Shown here piece after piece: positions 13,011 to 27,724 of a DNA stretch of 64,000 nucleotides. The stretch is from the NCBI RefSeq assembly GCF_009914755.1, contig NC_060930.1, one strand, 5' to 3'. Below the pieces are notes generated by a model. It did no database searches. It was not told the DNA's origin and saw nothing but the letters and a program-made list of their open reading frames with translations. The DNA comes from the human T2T-CHM13v2.0 reference genome, Homo sapiens. Made by a program: the position numbers and the translations under genes. Positions within the stretch are counted from its first letter, which is position 1; the number at the start of each line of letters is the position of its first letter.

Positions 13011-16000
13011 TAGGGTTGTCTGGGAAGACTGATTTGAGCAGAGAGCCAAAGGCAGTAAAAGAAAATAAGCCCATACAGAGGGGGAAGCACATGGAAAGGC
13101 CCTGAGGGGGAGCTTGTTTGGCGCATTGGAGGAACAACAAGCTGGCAGTGTGCTGGAGCCCCGGGGCGAGGGGACAGGTGCTAGGACATGAGGTCCTATA
13201 CAAGTAGGTGGGTTAGGGTGGGGCTCATGCAGGGCCTTATTGGCCATGATAGGGACTTTGAAACTTATGCTAAGTGAAGTGAGAATTCACTGGAGAATTC
13301 TGAGGCAAGACTTGATGTAATCTAACTTAACATCTTAAAAGGATCACTGTCAGCTCTAAGAAGAATAGATGCTAGATGCTAGCTGTGTGATCCTGGGTAA
13401 ATTTATTAACCTTCTAGAACCTCAGTTTCCTTATCTAGAAAATATGTAATAATAAAACCTCAAAAGGTTTTTATGAGGCTTAAGTGAGATAATTCAAGTA
13501 AACCATTTAGAACTGTGTCTGGCACATAGTACATGCTCACTAAACGTTAGCCATTATTATTATTTTAGGAACCCCTTTTGAAAGGTAGTAGTTTTGTCTC
13601 TGCTGCTTAATACTCTGATGATTTGGAGGCACTGTGGTTAGCACACTGAGTGCTTTCCTGTGAGAATCAAGTTGAAGACAACTGAGATCCAGCTGGGCCT
13701 GGTTTTCTGTATTTAAACGGAGAAGAACACTGGACATTTGATCATTACTTGGAAATAGGGTGACTAACATCCCAGTCTGCCTGGGATGCCTCTGATTTTA
13801 AAACTGAAAAGTCTCTGGTCCTGGGAACCTCCTTAGTCTCAGGACATTGGTTACTCCAGATATTCTAATGAATAACATAGTGTGGAAGGTAAAGTAGGCC
13901 TTTTAGTTTGGTATCTTCCTATTCTTAGTTTATTTGTTGTTATAAATTAAAACAACAAAACCCAATCAAATAAACATGTATACATTTAACTTTGAGCCAA
14001 GATATATTTGTAGCCAGTATCACATTTGTTGCCATGGTGTTCAATGCATATTGCTTGAATTGAACTAGCATTATTTCAGAGTTTGCCTTTGGTATGTAAT
14101 GGAATGTTTATAAAGCAGGTTGACATAGTGAATAGTATTTCTAAATTCATGTCACCCCCCTGAGCAGAGTTGAACTGACTCCATTCATACCATCTTTCAT
14201 CATTTATCCACATATATGGAGAGCTTACTGTATGTCAGAAAGGATGTGTACAATAGATGGTTTAATAAATGTCTGGCTATCTCTGGGTGTTTACATTCAA
14301 TGCTTCCTTCTACTGCAGGCAAATAAAAGTTAGCACTGCATAAATTGCCTGTTCTAGACATCAACCCAGAACTAACCCTGCTGGTTCTGGATAATTAGTC
14401 TGTGCATTTTCATAGTTCTGCCTGTCTACTCTGCTCTAGTATCTTCCTTTGAATCTTTGATTTGCAGATTCTTTGGGCTCTTCTGTGCAGTTTGGGACTT
14501 AGCAGACCACGTTTGGCTTTCTGGAAAGGGCTCAGAGAGACTTTCCTCTTATTAGCTCTGGTACTGATATGACTCTCTTGGCCAGGGGAGGGGAGTTTAA
14601 ACTAAAATTCTACCTGGAACCCAAAGTGTTTTGGAACTATGAGTGAGGGGTGGCCATGCTCCTGTCTCTGTACCTGGGAAGTGATGCTCAAATGTGGACT
14701 TAGGTCTAGCTGCCTTCCTCCTTGTAACTTGCAGAGGCCAGGTGGGAGCAGTAATGTGAACTCTTTCAGCTGAAAACAGACATTTGGGCCAGGTTTACAA
14801 GTCTATGATATTTTCTACATCTTTCAGTGTGGAATAATTGGTGTCTTGGCAAAACTTTTCAGAAAAAATTGGGACTTAGCCTGAACTGGAGCCCCTGACT
14901 GAGACAGTTGTACTCCTTGGCACAGCACCACCTGCAGGCTGATGTGGAGAAGTGCACCTGAGAGTTAACGGGGCCCATCTTGCCCAGCTAGAAATGGCTG
15001 CAGGATGTAGCTAAGATACTGACTGTCACAGCACCTTCAGGGTGTTCATTGTTGTTCTTGGGGACTGCAGGCCATCTTTGGGTGTTATTCATTTTGCATG
15101 CCCCAATAACTGGTCTTCTCAGGAGGGAAAGGAGCTTCGAGGCCTTTTGGCAGTAGAAAAAACATAACCTATGTCTCCCACGCTTCTGGCCTCCTCTAGC
15201 CAATTTGGCCTGACACAATGGAATTGAGTGCCTCTGACACTGCGATGGCAGCTGGCATGGCTGGCTTCTGCTCTGACCTCTCCATCCAGAAGTTGTTGGT
15301 GCTAGTACGGGTGAATGATCTTGTAGGGGAACAGGTGTTATTGGCTTGGGGGTATATCCTGTTATTGTGCCCTGACACTCAGTTTTGGAGCAGTGGTGGC
15401 TAACTCAGAACCTGACCGCTGGCCAGGTGAAGAAGCTACCTTATTTGAGTGATTTGAATTCTCTAATTCTACAGGCTGGACAGACATGTTATTCACACAT
15501 AATCCAGAAATAGTCCTCACAGACATATTCTCCAGCCAGGGAGCTTACTGCTTGAGACAATCAGGTACTGTGTGCTGTGTTGAGGCATCTCACAGAGATC
15601 CAGAGCGATCTAAAGGTGACTCGAAGGGCATGTGGGGCCACTATTCCAGGATCTCTGGCCTGCAGCTTTTCTGGCTGTGACGGGGGTATTGCTCATACTG
15701 TACATGGCTGTGTCGTAGCAGCAGATGGCCGCATGCAAATGCTGGGCTCCGCTGTGACATCACCATGCTTGGCTGGTTCAAATCCTGATGTGTCTTGTAG
15801 ACTTCTGGTGTTTCTGCATTCTCTCCCTCTGCCTTATTGGTAACAGTTAGACCTAGGTCCAAGACAGGCTTGGGAAAGCAGAGGAATTATCTCATTCTCC
15901 CCCAACCCTCCAGATCCCCCAGGTACAAAGCCATCAATGAGGTCAGTTCAGACTTCATTGTCCAGGAGAAATGTATGCCCTCACTACCATAATGTTTCAG

Positions 16001-16839
16001 TAGAATATGGACATTCCATTTTCCTACACTTCAGGTAACACCAAGAATTATTGTTATTATTATTTTTATCTTTGTCAGACTGACAGAAGAAACACAATAT
16101 TGTTTTCATTTGTATTTCCTTAATTACTAGACAGCATATATTTATTGGCTATTTGTATTTCTTCCTTTGTTCCTGAGCCTTTGAACTTCATAGCCCTCCC
16201 ATGCGTCATGCTGTGGCAGGCACAGTAGGGCCAACTGCCCATTACAATGCCTGGCCCAGGAGTTTACCAAGGATACAGTGACCTGCTTGTTCTTGACTTG
16301 CTTTTGGTCTCTGGTTTTCACAATTGGTTTCTGGCTTATTAGACTGCTTTCTGCACAGTTCTCAGCATTGTACTTACCCCTAACTGTCATATCTCCACTC
16401 TGGGAGAGAGGTTTCTTCTGTTCTAATAACTGGCCCCACTCACTACTTCTAGGCAAAGTTTAGAGGATAAGTCTAAGGGAAAATATTCAACCCCTGCTCT
16501 CAGTCACAGTCTAGTTGGGAATAATAAAATATAGATTTTTGGCAAAATAAAATATGTAAAATAAACATATTTTACTGCCTTTAACAAAAATATGTATTCA
16601 AGAGAGATAAACTCCAGATATACTAGGGACTTTCCAGGAAGAAGTCACCTCTGCCTATTGGAGGCATGTATAGGAGGCAAGAAACTGAAACTGATTTCAC
16701 CAGTGGACAAGGAAGGGAGGGATTTCCATGCAGCAGTTGCAGAGACCTACATGCATGGGCTTTTTGGGAATAAACTGCAAACAAATCCGTATGTTTGGAG
16801 GAAGATGAGCCTAGAAATGTAGATGGAGTAGTATTAGTA

Positions 16840-17370
16840 AGGGCCTTGTAAACTAGGCAAAGGAGTGTAGACTTCCTGTAGGCAAACAAAAGCCATGGGT
16901 ACCTAGTGGTCTAGTATAATCATCATATACTATAATTAGGGACTATAAAAAGTGTATAGCCAGTGCTTTTTATATGCCAGGGACTGTGCCAAGTATTTCA
17001 ACCACTGTAACTCATTCTCAGATTTGCGTTTCAGATGGATCACACTGTTGGCAGTGGGGAAGATGTATTGTAGAGGGCAAGACTAGAGGGGGAAGATTAG
17101 TTGCATTAGTTAGAAAATAGGACATGGTGGCTGGATGTGAGGATGGAAAGAAGGAGACAAATTAGAGATATATTAACCTAACAAAGTTAAAATGTCAGGA
17201 AATGTGAGAGAGGAATCTAGGATGACTGCTGGAATGGCTTGGATAAATGTTGCATGAAGGGATTGTTGTTTGGGAGGTTATAGGAAGAATGAAGTGTTTT
17301 CCATGTATATCCGTGATTAAACATCTCTCCAATATGCTTTTGTTGAGTTAAAAGGCAGACATGAGTTTGG
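16840..17370 (-). mobile_element. L2 remnant
   Basis: L2-like text cagatttgcgtttcagatggatcacactgttggcagt...gagagaggaatctaggatgact. Confidence 0.65.
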
Positions 17371-17909
17371 ATTCTGAATTTCATCATGCACTGGTGCTGT
17401 AATATTGAGTCATGCCAGTCACTTGAATGCGTACCTCCCTCTCCAGGCATCAGTTTTCTCAACTATAAAGTGAGGATAACCATGTCCTAAAGGAGAATTG
17501 TAATGATTAGAGATAAGGCAGAGTGCCTGACACATATTGGGCCTTTAATAAATGGGGCCTGTTATCTCTACAGTTAAATTTTCTTTTAACACTACTACCA
17601 CCACCGCCGCCACCAGGGGTTTGGTGACGTACATGTTGTAGTGTTTCATGTAGAAGGAAATAGGGTGCCAGGAATTAAAAGGTGGAGCAGAATCAAGATG
17701 AACTTGGGAGAAATATGAGAAAAGAATAAACTTTGATTTGTCTTCTTTAGAAATATAGAGCCTACGTTTTCCAAAATGTTCATGCAGCATTCATCCAAGC
17801 CATTCCAGCAGTCATCCTAGATTCCTCTCTCACATTTCCAGACCTTTTAACTTTGTTAGGTTAATATATCTCTAATGTGTCTCCTTCTTTCCATCCTCAC
17901 ATCCTGCCA
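17128..17909. repeat. Inverted repeat: 131-bp arms 17128-17258 and 17779-17909
   Basis: Manual reverse-complement alignment: 125/131 complementary, no gaps. Confidence 0.95.
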
Positions 17910-18048
17910 TCCAGCCATATTTGTGCCGTATTTTGGAGTAAAGTTCTGGACCTGGGTGGGAATGCTGCAAGGCATTATTCCTAACCTGATAGGATACACA
18001 TGCACATGGGCAGCCTCTACATACTTACATGTCTGGTTTTCATTTTAG

Positions 18049-18174
18049 GACCCCAAATCAAATTTGATCCAACAGTGGTTGTCACAACAAAGTGATCTTG
18101 GAGTCATTTCCAAAACTTTTCAGCTATCTTCCCATCCAATACTTGGTGACTGGTCTATTCAAGTTCAAGTGAAT
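18049..18174 (+). CDS. CD109: CD109 exon 5 (126 nt; DPKSNLIQQW...IQVQVN)
   Basis: cattttag| acceptor, |gtgagt donor, A2M MG2-like peptide. Confidence 0.96.
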
Positions 18175-20951
18175 GTGAGTATAAATATATTTTTTGGGGG
18201 GAATGTTAAAGTGATTTAATTAGGTCAGGTGGGGGAAAATCTCCAAAGTCATTTATACAATGAAGAGAAAAAAATTAATGTGAACATTTAGACAATTTAA
18301 ACGGTTTATTTTTAATTTATGATGTTTATCAAGGGTTTATTTAGCTTTCATTCTAACATATTAGAATTTTCATAACTGTTGTCTTTTTCTATGATATGAT
18401 GTTTAAAGGTTAAAACATTTTGACATTTTAGTACACAATGTTTACTTATTTGTTTCATGCATTATTTTAAAACTAAGTAATGAACACATAGCTATTATTT
18501 GGCAAATTTTATGCCTTAGAATAATGACTCCTAATGAGTGATTAGATTAACCTACTTTTATCTTTGTTTTAAGAAACAGTGACTTAAATAGCTACACCGA
18601 CTGCTATTCCCCAATCCTTTTTCCCTAGCTTCTACACCTATTGCCTTTACTTGCTGCCAACTTGTATAGCTCTGAAATCTAAATGGAGGGCATTAAATGG
18701 CATATAAATCTAAATGGGGGGCATTCATTGGAATGAATGAGACATAAACACAATGGGATGGAAACAATTTTAAAAAGCAATGAGACTTAACTGTTTTATG
18801 TGATATAAATTGGTCATTTAGTATATAACATGTAAACCTTTATATTTTTCTATATTTATGTGACATATAAACATATAAGATATAATCAACTTTTTCTGTA
18901 TCTAAAGGGGAAGATATGTAATATGAAATGCATGAAATTGTAGCTTATTCTAAGCATTGTTGCTGAGCCTTGAGTAGGTGGGACTCGTGTGTGAATTGAC
19001 CTGTATGAATGAGAACAGTGCTGGAGGCACAATGGACTCTCAATATTTGCTTCATGGCCACCCTGCATCTTTATGGGTGTTTGTATGATGTGTTTACCAA
19101 TATTATTCTTTTTAAGGTAGCAGAAGCTCTACCGAATGTATGATGTGGTTTTAAAGAACATTTGAGGCAATATTATGAAAGGGGCTCATACTGTTAGAGA
19201 ACAATGTAATGCATAACCATTAAAGTCATGGACAATTTTCAGTGAGGTCTTTGCTTATTTCCTTACTTATAACAGTGTAATAATAACCACTGTTATAAAT
19301 GGCAGCCTAGAGCAGGATGTGATGAGTTCTAGGGGAAGTGGAATTCTTTATATCTGAGCTTGTAGAGAAAGTGGAAAGAGTAGGCATTTGTGAAACTTAG
19401 AAAATAGGGAAAAATTTGTGTGGGAGTAGGGAAAATGGAAGAGAACGTTATGTGTCTGGGGATTTGGGAGAAGTTGATGTTACTGGAGCATGTGGAGAAT
19501 GATGGCGGTGTAGATTAGGAAGCACGTTGTGAGTTTAAAGTAGTTTGAATATTATTTTCAGTTCCCACTTAAATTCTTAAGAATCACTTTTTTTGGTCCA
19601 TCCATCCATCGATCCTTCTATCCACCCACCCACCCACCAACCCAGTATGTGTTAAGGACTTTATGGCTGTGATGAATACAAAGAAGGTAAACATATGACC
19701 TCCATTTTCAAAGGTCATTGTCATGGTGACATGAACAATATGATAAAAATTAAATGACATAAGGGGGACAGACAAACACAGGGCAGTGCAATAGCAGAGG
19801 AATTGTAAGGTGTTCAGTCCAGCTTGGTGATAAAGAGGGTTTATTGTTAGCACAAGCACTGATGTTTTGGGGCCAGCTGCTCCTTCTGTCTCCCATGGTC
19901 TGCTCTGTTCTCCTTTCACTCTTCTGCCAACCTTTGAGGTGTTCTTCAGTTCTTCTGATTCCATTAGCTTAGCTAAATAACCATCATGCCCAGAATCTTT
20001 AAAGCAAGCCTCTGCACAGGTGGCTGGCAGCCTGTGGGTGGGCCGCCCTGGGTCAAGGTGTCCATTTTTGGTCCATTCAGATGCCACCTATGCACAATGA
20101 CCAGCAAGAGCAGTTTTAGCTGGATAACAGGCGCTGAGGGATTAATTTGTTCATTGAATGGTGGACAGAATAAGTACCAGAAGAGAGGGGGATGGAATAG
20201 CAGAGGGAGACTTTGCAGAAGATGTGAGATTATACTTTGAAAGATTTATAGGATTTATCATGTTGTGGTTTGTGGACTTGGCTTGTCATATTGCTTTTAT
20301 AGAAAACAAATGCTCTTAAGGAAATTTAGGTGCTTAAAAAATGAAAAGCATTTGCAGGATCTGGCCCTTGCCCAACTTTTCAGTCTTGTAAAGTGCCGCC
20401 CTTCCTCTTGAACTCTATGCTTTAGACATCTTATGTCCCTTAAGTTTCTTAAACTCACCGATCTGTCTCATTCTAGAGCCTTTCATCATGCTGTTCCCTC
20501 TGCTGAGAATGTTTTTTCTTCCTTATTCTCGCTACTTGCTTTTAACCTGCAGCCATTCTCTAAAGTGGCCTGGCTGTTCCAGACATTCCCATAGTACTGT
20601 GTGCTTCCCTTAATTCATTCATCTCACTTTTAATTAGTGGTCCATGATAGACAGTAGCCTTTGTAAAGCTGGTGACCTTCTGGTCTTGCTCACCTCTCTA
20701 TTCCTGGGACCAAGTTCAGTGCTTTTGCATGTAAGTAGAAAGCAGTATTTTCTTAAAACGAATGTGTGAAAACTATATAACAATAATTTGTCTTGAACCA
20801 AATGCAATTTTCCCTTTTGTATATTCTGTAAAGCATCTTTATCTTTTTGAAGACAAGTATACTGATCAGGTACTTGTCATTTGAGGTATGTTAATTTGAG
20901 GCATTCAGCTAAGAAAAAATAAGCCCCTTAAAAAGAAGAGCCCTTTTAGAA

Positions 20952-20967
20952 CCACCAGGGGTCAGTA
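20952..20967 (+). promoter_or_regulatory. Candidate CTCF motif
   Basis: CCACCAGGGGTCAGTA versus consensus CCASYAGRKGGCRS, one deviation. Confidence 0.45.
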
Positions 20968-21228
20968 TAACCAAGGAAATGTTATGAGAAGCAACTGTGG
21001 CCTTGGTCTCTGGCTTTTGTTTTTCTTTGACTACTGCGCAGCATTAAAGGACTGTATATTTCTTGTTATTAAACCCCTTTTCTTTTAGTAGTGAATAATA
21101 ACATAGAGGAAATGTATTTATTATTTAAATAGCCCACCATTAGAGACTATATTTTTACTTTTCGGTGGCAGTCACCATTCTCAATATAAAACTCAGGGAA
21201 GGAAAATATTTATTTTCAAGAAAGTATT

Positions 21229-21853
<625 letters not shown>

Positions 21854-22247
21854 TGAAATTCCATTTTGTCTGTAGAAAAAATATGGAATGATATGAGTGT
21901 TCCCACTGATGGACAATCTCTTTAAGAATTACCGGAGTTATCAGAGCTTTGATTTGTAATGACTATACAGGTAATCAGAAAGTGGTATTCTTCAGTTACC
22001 CTTTGTCCTAGGTCAGGAAAAGGATCCTTTAAGTAAAACATACTTGACGGCTCCTTGGCATTTCTCCACTTGTATTAATAACATGTTTGTTTGTAGAGTA
22101 AGAGTGAATAAGTCCTTTATGATACCGTGTTAACCTTTCTGGATTAATCTAAATTGTTTGCCCTTCAAGTATTGTATTGCTTTTCACCTTCAAGGTTTTT
22201 TATGATAGTAATGGTGAGTAATTATTTTGGTCTAGTATGATTTCTAG

Positions 22248-22552
22248 TTTTCTTTTCTTTCTTTCTTTTTTTTTTTTTTGAGACAGAGTCTCGCTCTTTT
22301 GCCCAGGCCGTGGTGTGATCTCGGCTCACTGAAACCTCCACATCCCAGGTTCAAGCGATTCTCCTGCCTCAGCCTCCTGAGTAGCTGGGATTACAGGCAT
22401 GCACCACCATGCCCAGCTAATTTTTGTATTTTTAGTAGAGACGGTTTCATCATGTTGGCCAGGGTGGTCTTGAACTCCAGACCTCAAGTGATGCACCCTA
22501 CTCGGCCTCCCAAAGTGCTGGGATTACAGGCATGAGCCACTGTGCCTGGCCA
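22248..22552 (-). mobile_element. AluS
   Basis: Alu consensus. Confidence 0.9.
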
Positions 22553-23319
22553 AGAAAGGAAACAAATGTTTTGGGGGATTAGTTAAGTGATTTGCCCAAT
22601 GTCCCACAACTTACCAAACTAGGATTAGAACTCAGGCCTTTTGACACCAAATCCAAGGTTCTCTCTACCCTGCCACCTTGGTTTTCCATCTTATGTTTTA
22701 TCTCTGTCATTGCTCAGCATATGATGGTGGGACATCATAAGTTCTCAATATATACATAGACTTTTTTTTTTTTTACAATGCTAGTTTAATCAAATTGCAA
22801 AGAAACTCTTGATGATTATAATTTTTAAGACCTCTTAAAATCAGTAAAGTTTAGTAAGAGCCCTGGCTCTTTTTGTGCTACTTATACGTGTGCTTAATTG
22901 ACACACATATTCTAGTGTGAATAGTTCTTTGCTACTTTGGGGATTGTACTTCTTCTCTTGAGAATGTGACCAAGTCTTCTACTTCTGCCATACTTTGATT
23001 GCCCTGCTCTTTTTCATCATTTCTTTGTCTAGAGCACCAAGCCCTCCTCTCAGAGGGCAGAGGTATATTTTAGCTGTAACATCTTTTCATAGAAGTGTGT
23101 TTTATAGGGCCGTTATACTTTAGGTACATTATAAGTTGAGTGTGGGAATATGTTCTGATTTAATAATTGACTTGAAAATACACCTTAGGAAGATAATGTG
23201 TTTTAAAAGTTAGACATTCCTTTATTTTCATTTCTTTGCAATATAGTTCTCTAGGTACCTTATCTCTAGGTATGTTATCTCTTGATTGGTGTTGACAGTT
23301 TTCTCAAATAATTGCACAT

Positions 23320-23321
<2 letters not shown>

Positions 23322-23350
<29 letters not shown>

Positions 23351-23631
23351 GAGAAAGAGTCTCACTCTGTTGACCAGTCTGGAGTGCAGTGTGCAATCTC
23401 AGCTCATTGCAACCTCCACCTCCCAGGTTGAAGTGATTTTCCTGCCTCAGCCTCCTGAGTAGCTGGGATTACAGGTGTGCACCATCATGTTCAGCTAATT
23501 TTTGTATTTTTAGTAGAGATGGGGTTTCACCATGTTGGTCAGGCTGGGCTCGAACTCCTGACCTCAGGTGATTCACTTGCCTTGGGTTTCCGAAGTGCTA
23601 GGATTACAGGCATGAGCCACTGTGCCTGGCC
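23322..23631 (-). mobile_element. AluS
   Basis: Alu consensus. Confidence 0.9.
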
Positions 23632-23649
23632 TGCAAATGGTTTTTCCCT

Positions 23650-24055
23650 CCATTTTTTATTTTCTGTAGTAAAATACACATAACGTAAAATTTGCCATTG
23701 TAACCATTTTTAAGTGTACAGTTCAGTGGTATTAAGTACATTAATATTGTTGTGCATTCATCACCACCATCCATCTCTGTAACTCTTTTCATCTTGCAAA
23801 ACTGAAAATCTACACCTATTAAACAATAACTCTCCATTCCCTCCCACCCCCCAGCCCCTGGCAGCCACTGTACATTCTATCTCTGTGGTGTTGATTAGTC
23901 TTATATCAGCAGAATCATACAGGATCTCTTTTTGAGACTGGCTTTTTTCTCTTAGCATAATGTTATTATGGCTCACCCATGTTGTAGCATATATCAGAAT
24001 TTTCTCTCTTTTAAAGGCTGAATAATATTCCATTGTGTGAATATACCACATTTGG
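23650..24055 (-). mobile_element. L1MB-type 3' end
   Basis: taaccatttttaagtgtacagttcagtggtattaagtaca...aaggctgaataatattccattgt. Confidence 0.85.
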
Positions 24056-24417
24056 TTGCGAATGTTTTTGCATCTATGATTTAAAAATTATATTCGAGGT
24101 TATTAGAAGGTGATTTTAGGGGTTCTTTAAAAGAAAGGCTAATGTTGGTGTCTGAGAACCAGGCTTCTGGGAGCCAGGAGGCATCTGGCCAGAGCAGTGC
24201 AGCCTGCAGCCCAGAGCTCCAGGTCTTTGCGTGACCCACGCACTGGTGCTCATGTTCCTCCAAGAGCCCGAAAGAAGAGCCTGAGTCACTGAGAGATTCC
24301 TGGTCATTTGATGACGGCAGCCCTGTGCTGTCTTTCCTCATTGTCAGATGGAAGTCTCTTCTTCTTTCTAGAGTGGCTTAGGCATTTGAGTTTACCATAA
24401 TGGCCACCTGAGGCTGC

Positions 24418-24603
24418 AGCTGGTTCTGAAACATCAGTGTGCCACAGAATCAATGGACTGGGAGCTTGTTTAAAGATGCATAGTCCAGGTCCCACCCCCA
24501 GATCACAATTTACTAATTTTGGCATGGGAGCTAGGAGTTTGAATTTTAAATAAGCACTCAAGGAAATTCTACTAGTTTTTTGAACCACATTTTGAGAAGT
24601 GCT
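24418..24603. mobile_element. MER5-type hAT remnant
   Basis: ggttctgaaac...cagaatca...ggagcttgtttaaagatgca...ccacattttgagaa. Confidence 0.6.
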
Positions 24604-26700
24604 CATAAATGCCCGCAGCTAGGCATCTTTAGAATCCATCTTTTCCATTGAGAGGCAGTGTTGGGCAGTGTTGGGCAGTCAACAAGGTATGGAACTGGGG
24701 ACAGGCCATCTGATTTATTCTTTGAATTCCTCAGCAGTGCTACTTTCTGCTATTTACTTTACCTTTTTAGGTAATCAGCTCAGTAGAGCTCCCCAGCACC
24801 TTAGACATACTAAGTCAGAATTTCTGGGACAATGTATATCCTTTACAACAGCTTCTCTGATGCTTCAGATGCACAGCCAGCTTGGGAACCACTGAACTTG
24901 ATAATCATCTTTTCTATCTGTCACTAACTACAATTTCGTAACCGTTGTCTCAATCTTAAGCCATTGTTAGAGGTGGGGAACAAGAAATAGCAAGCAGAAA
25001 ACTCAACAGGGTTAAGGCTTGAAGTCACTCTTCTGGAGCCCTGTATAATGAAACGGGTTATCAAATTATTATGTAACTCAGAAGCAATCTGCATTGAGTT
25101 ATTTCTTTGCATCTAACAGTTATATCTAGTTTCTCTTGAGTTACTTGTTTTTTCTAGATTAGGTGAGGGTTGCCAACACCTTACTGCTTTTTATAACCTT
25201 TCAGGATATTCCTTATTTTTTCTGGACTTGTTGTCCAGCCTCTGCCTGGGTCAGCTTGCTGCTTCTGTTAAGTATCTCTGGAGCCGTTTTTCTTTTGCAA
25301 AAGAGCACATCTTTGTTTGGACAGTTCTTGTCCCTAAAGCACTCTACCAGGAGCATCTGCTTAACCCGCCTGGCTTGTGACGACAACTTAACAGAAAGCA
25401 TGGAGCAAAACTTTGACAGGTCAGAAAACAGTGGCATTCTCTCTGAAATGTGGTTGTGGCTTCCAAAATACTTTCACTAGTCTTTGCTTATAAGAAGAAT
25501 GCTTTGTTTGGGAAGGATCTCAAACTCTTACTTCCTTGTTCAGTGAGAAAGGGAGGGAGGAGATGGTTTTAGAATATTGATTTCTTAGAGCATCATCTGG
25601 CAGAGCTCAGCACTTTCTCCTCCGTTCTTCCAAAGGCCCCGATAAACACCTCTAGAATAGCATTTATTAATCAGTGTAGCGTTATTTTCGTTTTTTAAAA
25701 ACTGTGGTAAGATATATGTGTAAAATTTACCATTTTAACAATTTAAAAGTTAAGTAGCATCAGGTGCATTCACATTGTGGTGCAACCATCTGCCACCATC
25801 CATCTCCAGAACCTATTATTATCTTCAGATATTTAAAAAAATGTCTGCCTCATTTCTTAAACTGTGAACTCCTTGAAGACAGGAATTCTATTTTATTAAT
25901 TTTCATATTTGTTCTGTCTAATATAATATCTGACCTGTTATGGGAACTCATTCATGCTTGTGGGATGAAAGAATGAGTGAATAGAGCTTCTTCTAGATGA
26001 TTGCTGTTATTATCCTTTGTGATGTTCTTTGACTTCTAGTCTCACTCTGCTATATCATCTTGCAACTTAGTAGAAATATCTTTGTATATTTTCATTTTGA
26101 GAATATATATGGTTGCTGTATTTGATGAACCTGTGAGCTAATGGAAAACAGGACTTTTGGATTAATGCCCTGGACTTTCTCATTTTGAAAATTAAAAAAA
26201 ATCTCAGGCAAGAGCTGAATATTCTAGTTTGTTATAAAGTCTAAAATAGACTTATAATTTTGGTGCCATATTATTCTTGTGTCTTTATTCAGCCATTTGA
26301 TCTGCTAGTGCCAGTCCTTTGGCAGTGTGCATTTTAATTTCTAGGCCCCATATGCAAATTTTCATGAGGAGTTCTTTGTTTTGTTCTTTCTCTACAGAAG
26401 CCACCCTAGGAGGACCCCTCCTTTCAAATGTGTCTTCTGTACCCCTCTCTGAAGAGACATGTTTTTGGCATCAGTTAGAAAACTTTGGGGCCAGACTTTA
26501 GGATGTTGTGTTCATCAATGAAATGGAGGGTCTGAGTATGTAGCATCATCAGTACATAGGATAGGGACTCAGTGCTATAGATGATCTTAGAGGTCGCCTA
26601 GATCCATCTCCCCACTTTATGGAGGAAGAATCTGAGATAAGTGACGTGACCTGGTTAGGCTCACACAGTGTGTTGTGGGAGGGTCAGGACTAGCAACTAG

Positions 26701-27165
<465 letters not shown>

Positions 27166-27372
27166 TGACTTGTGGATGCCACGGGATCACCTTGTTTGCA
27201 CGTTGGATTGTTCCCAACGTGTCCCAGATTCTGACCACAGCAGCCATGTGTTTAGATTGAAGATTTGAGTCCAGCATGTAGGTTACTTGGTTCATCTATT
27301 TAATATCCATTAATATACTATTAAGGATTAGGCTGCTGTCACCTCACAGCCTCTATAACCTTGGTCATATGA

Positions 27373-27724
<352 letters not shown>

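Noticed and set aside
19584-20087. Longest tracked ORF (167 aa, minus strand)
   Set aside because: Overlaps L2/MaLR-like remnants and a TCCA simple repeat; no recognisable domain
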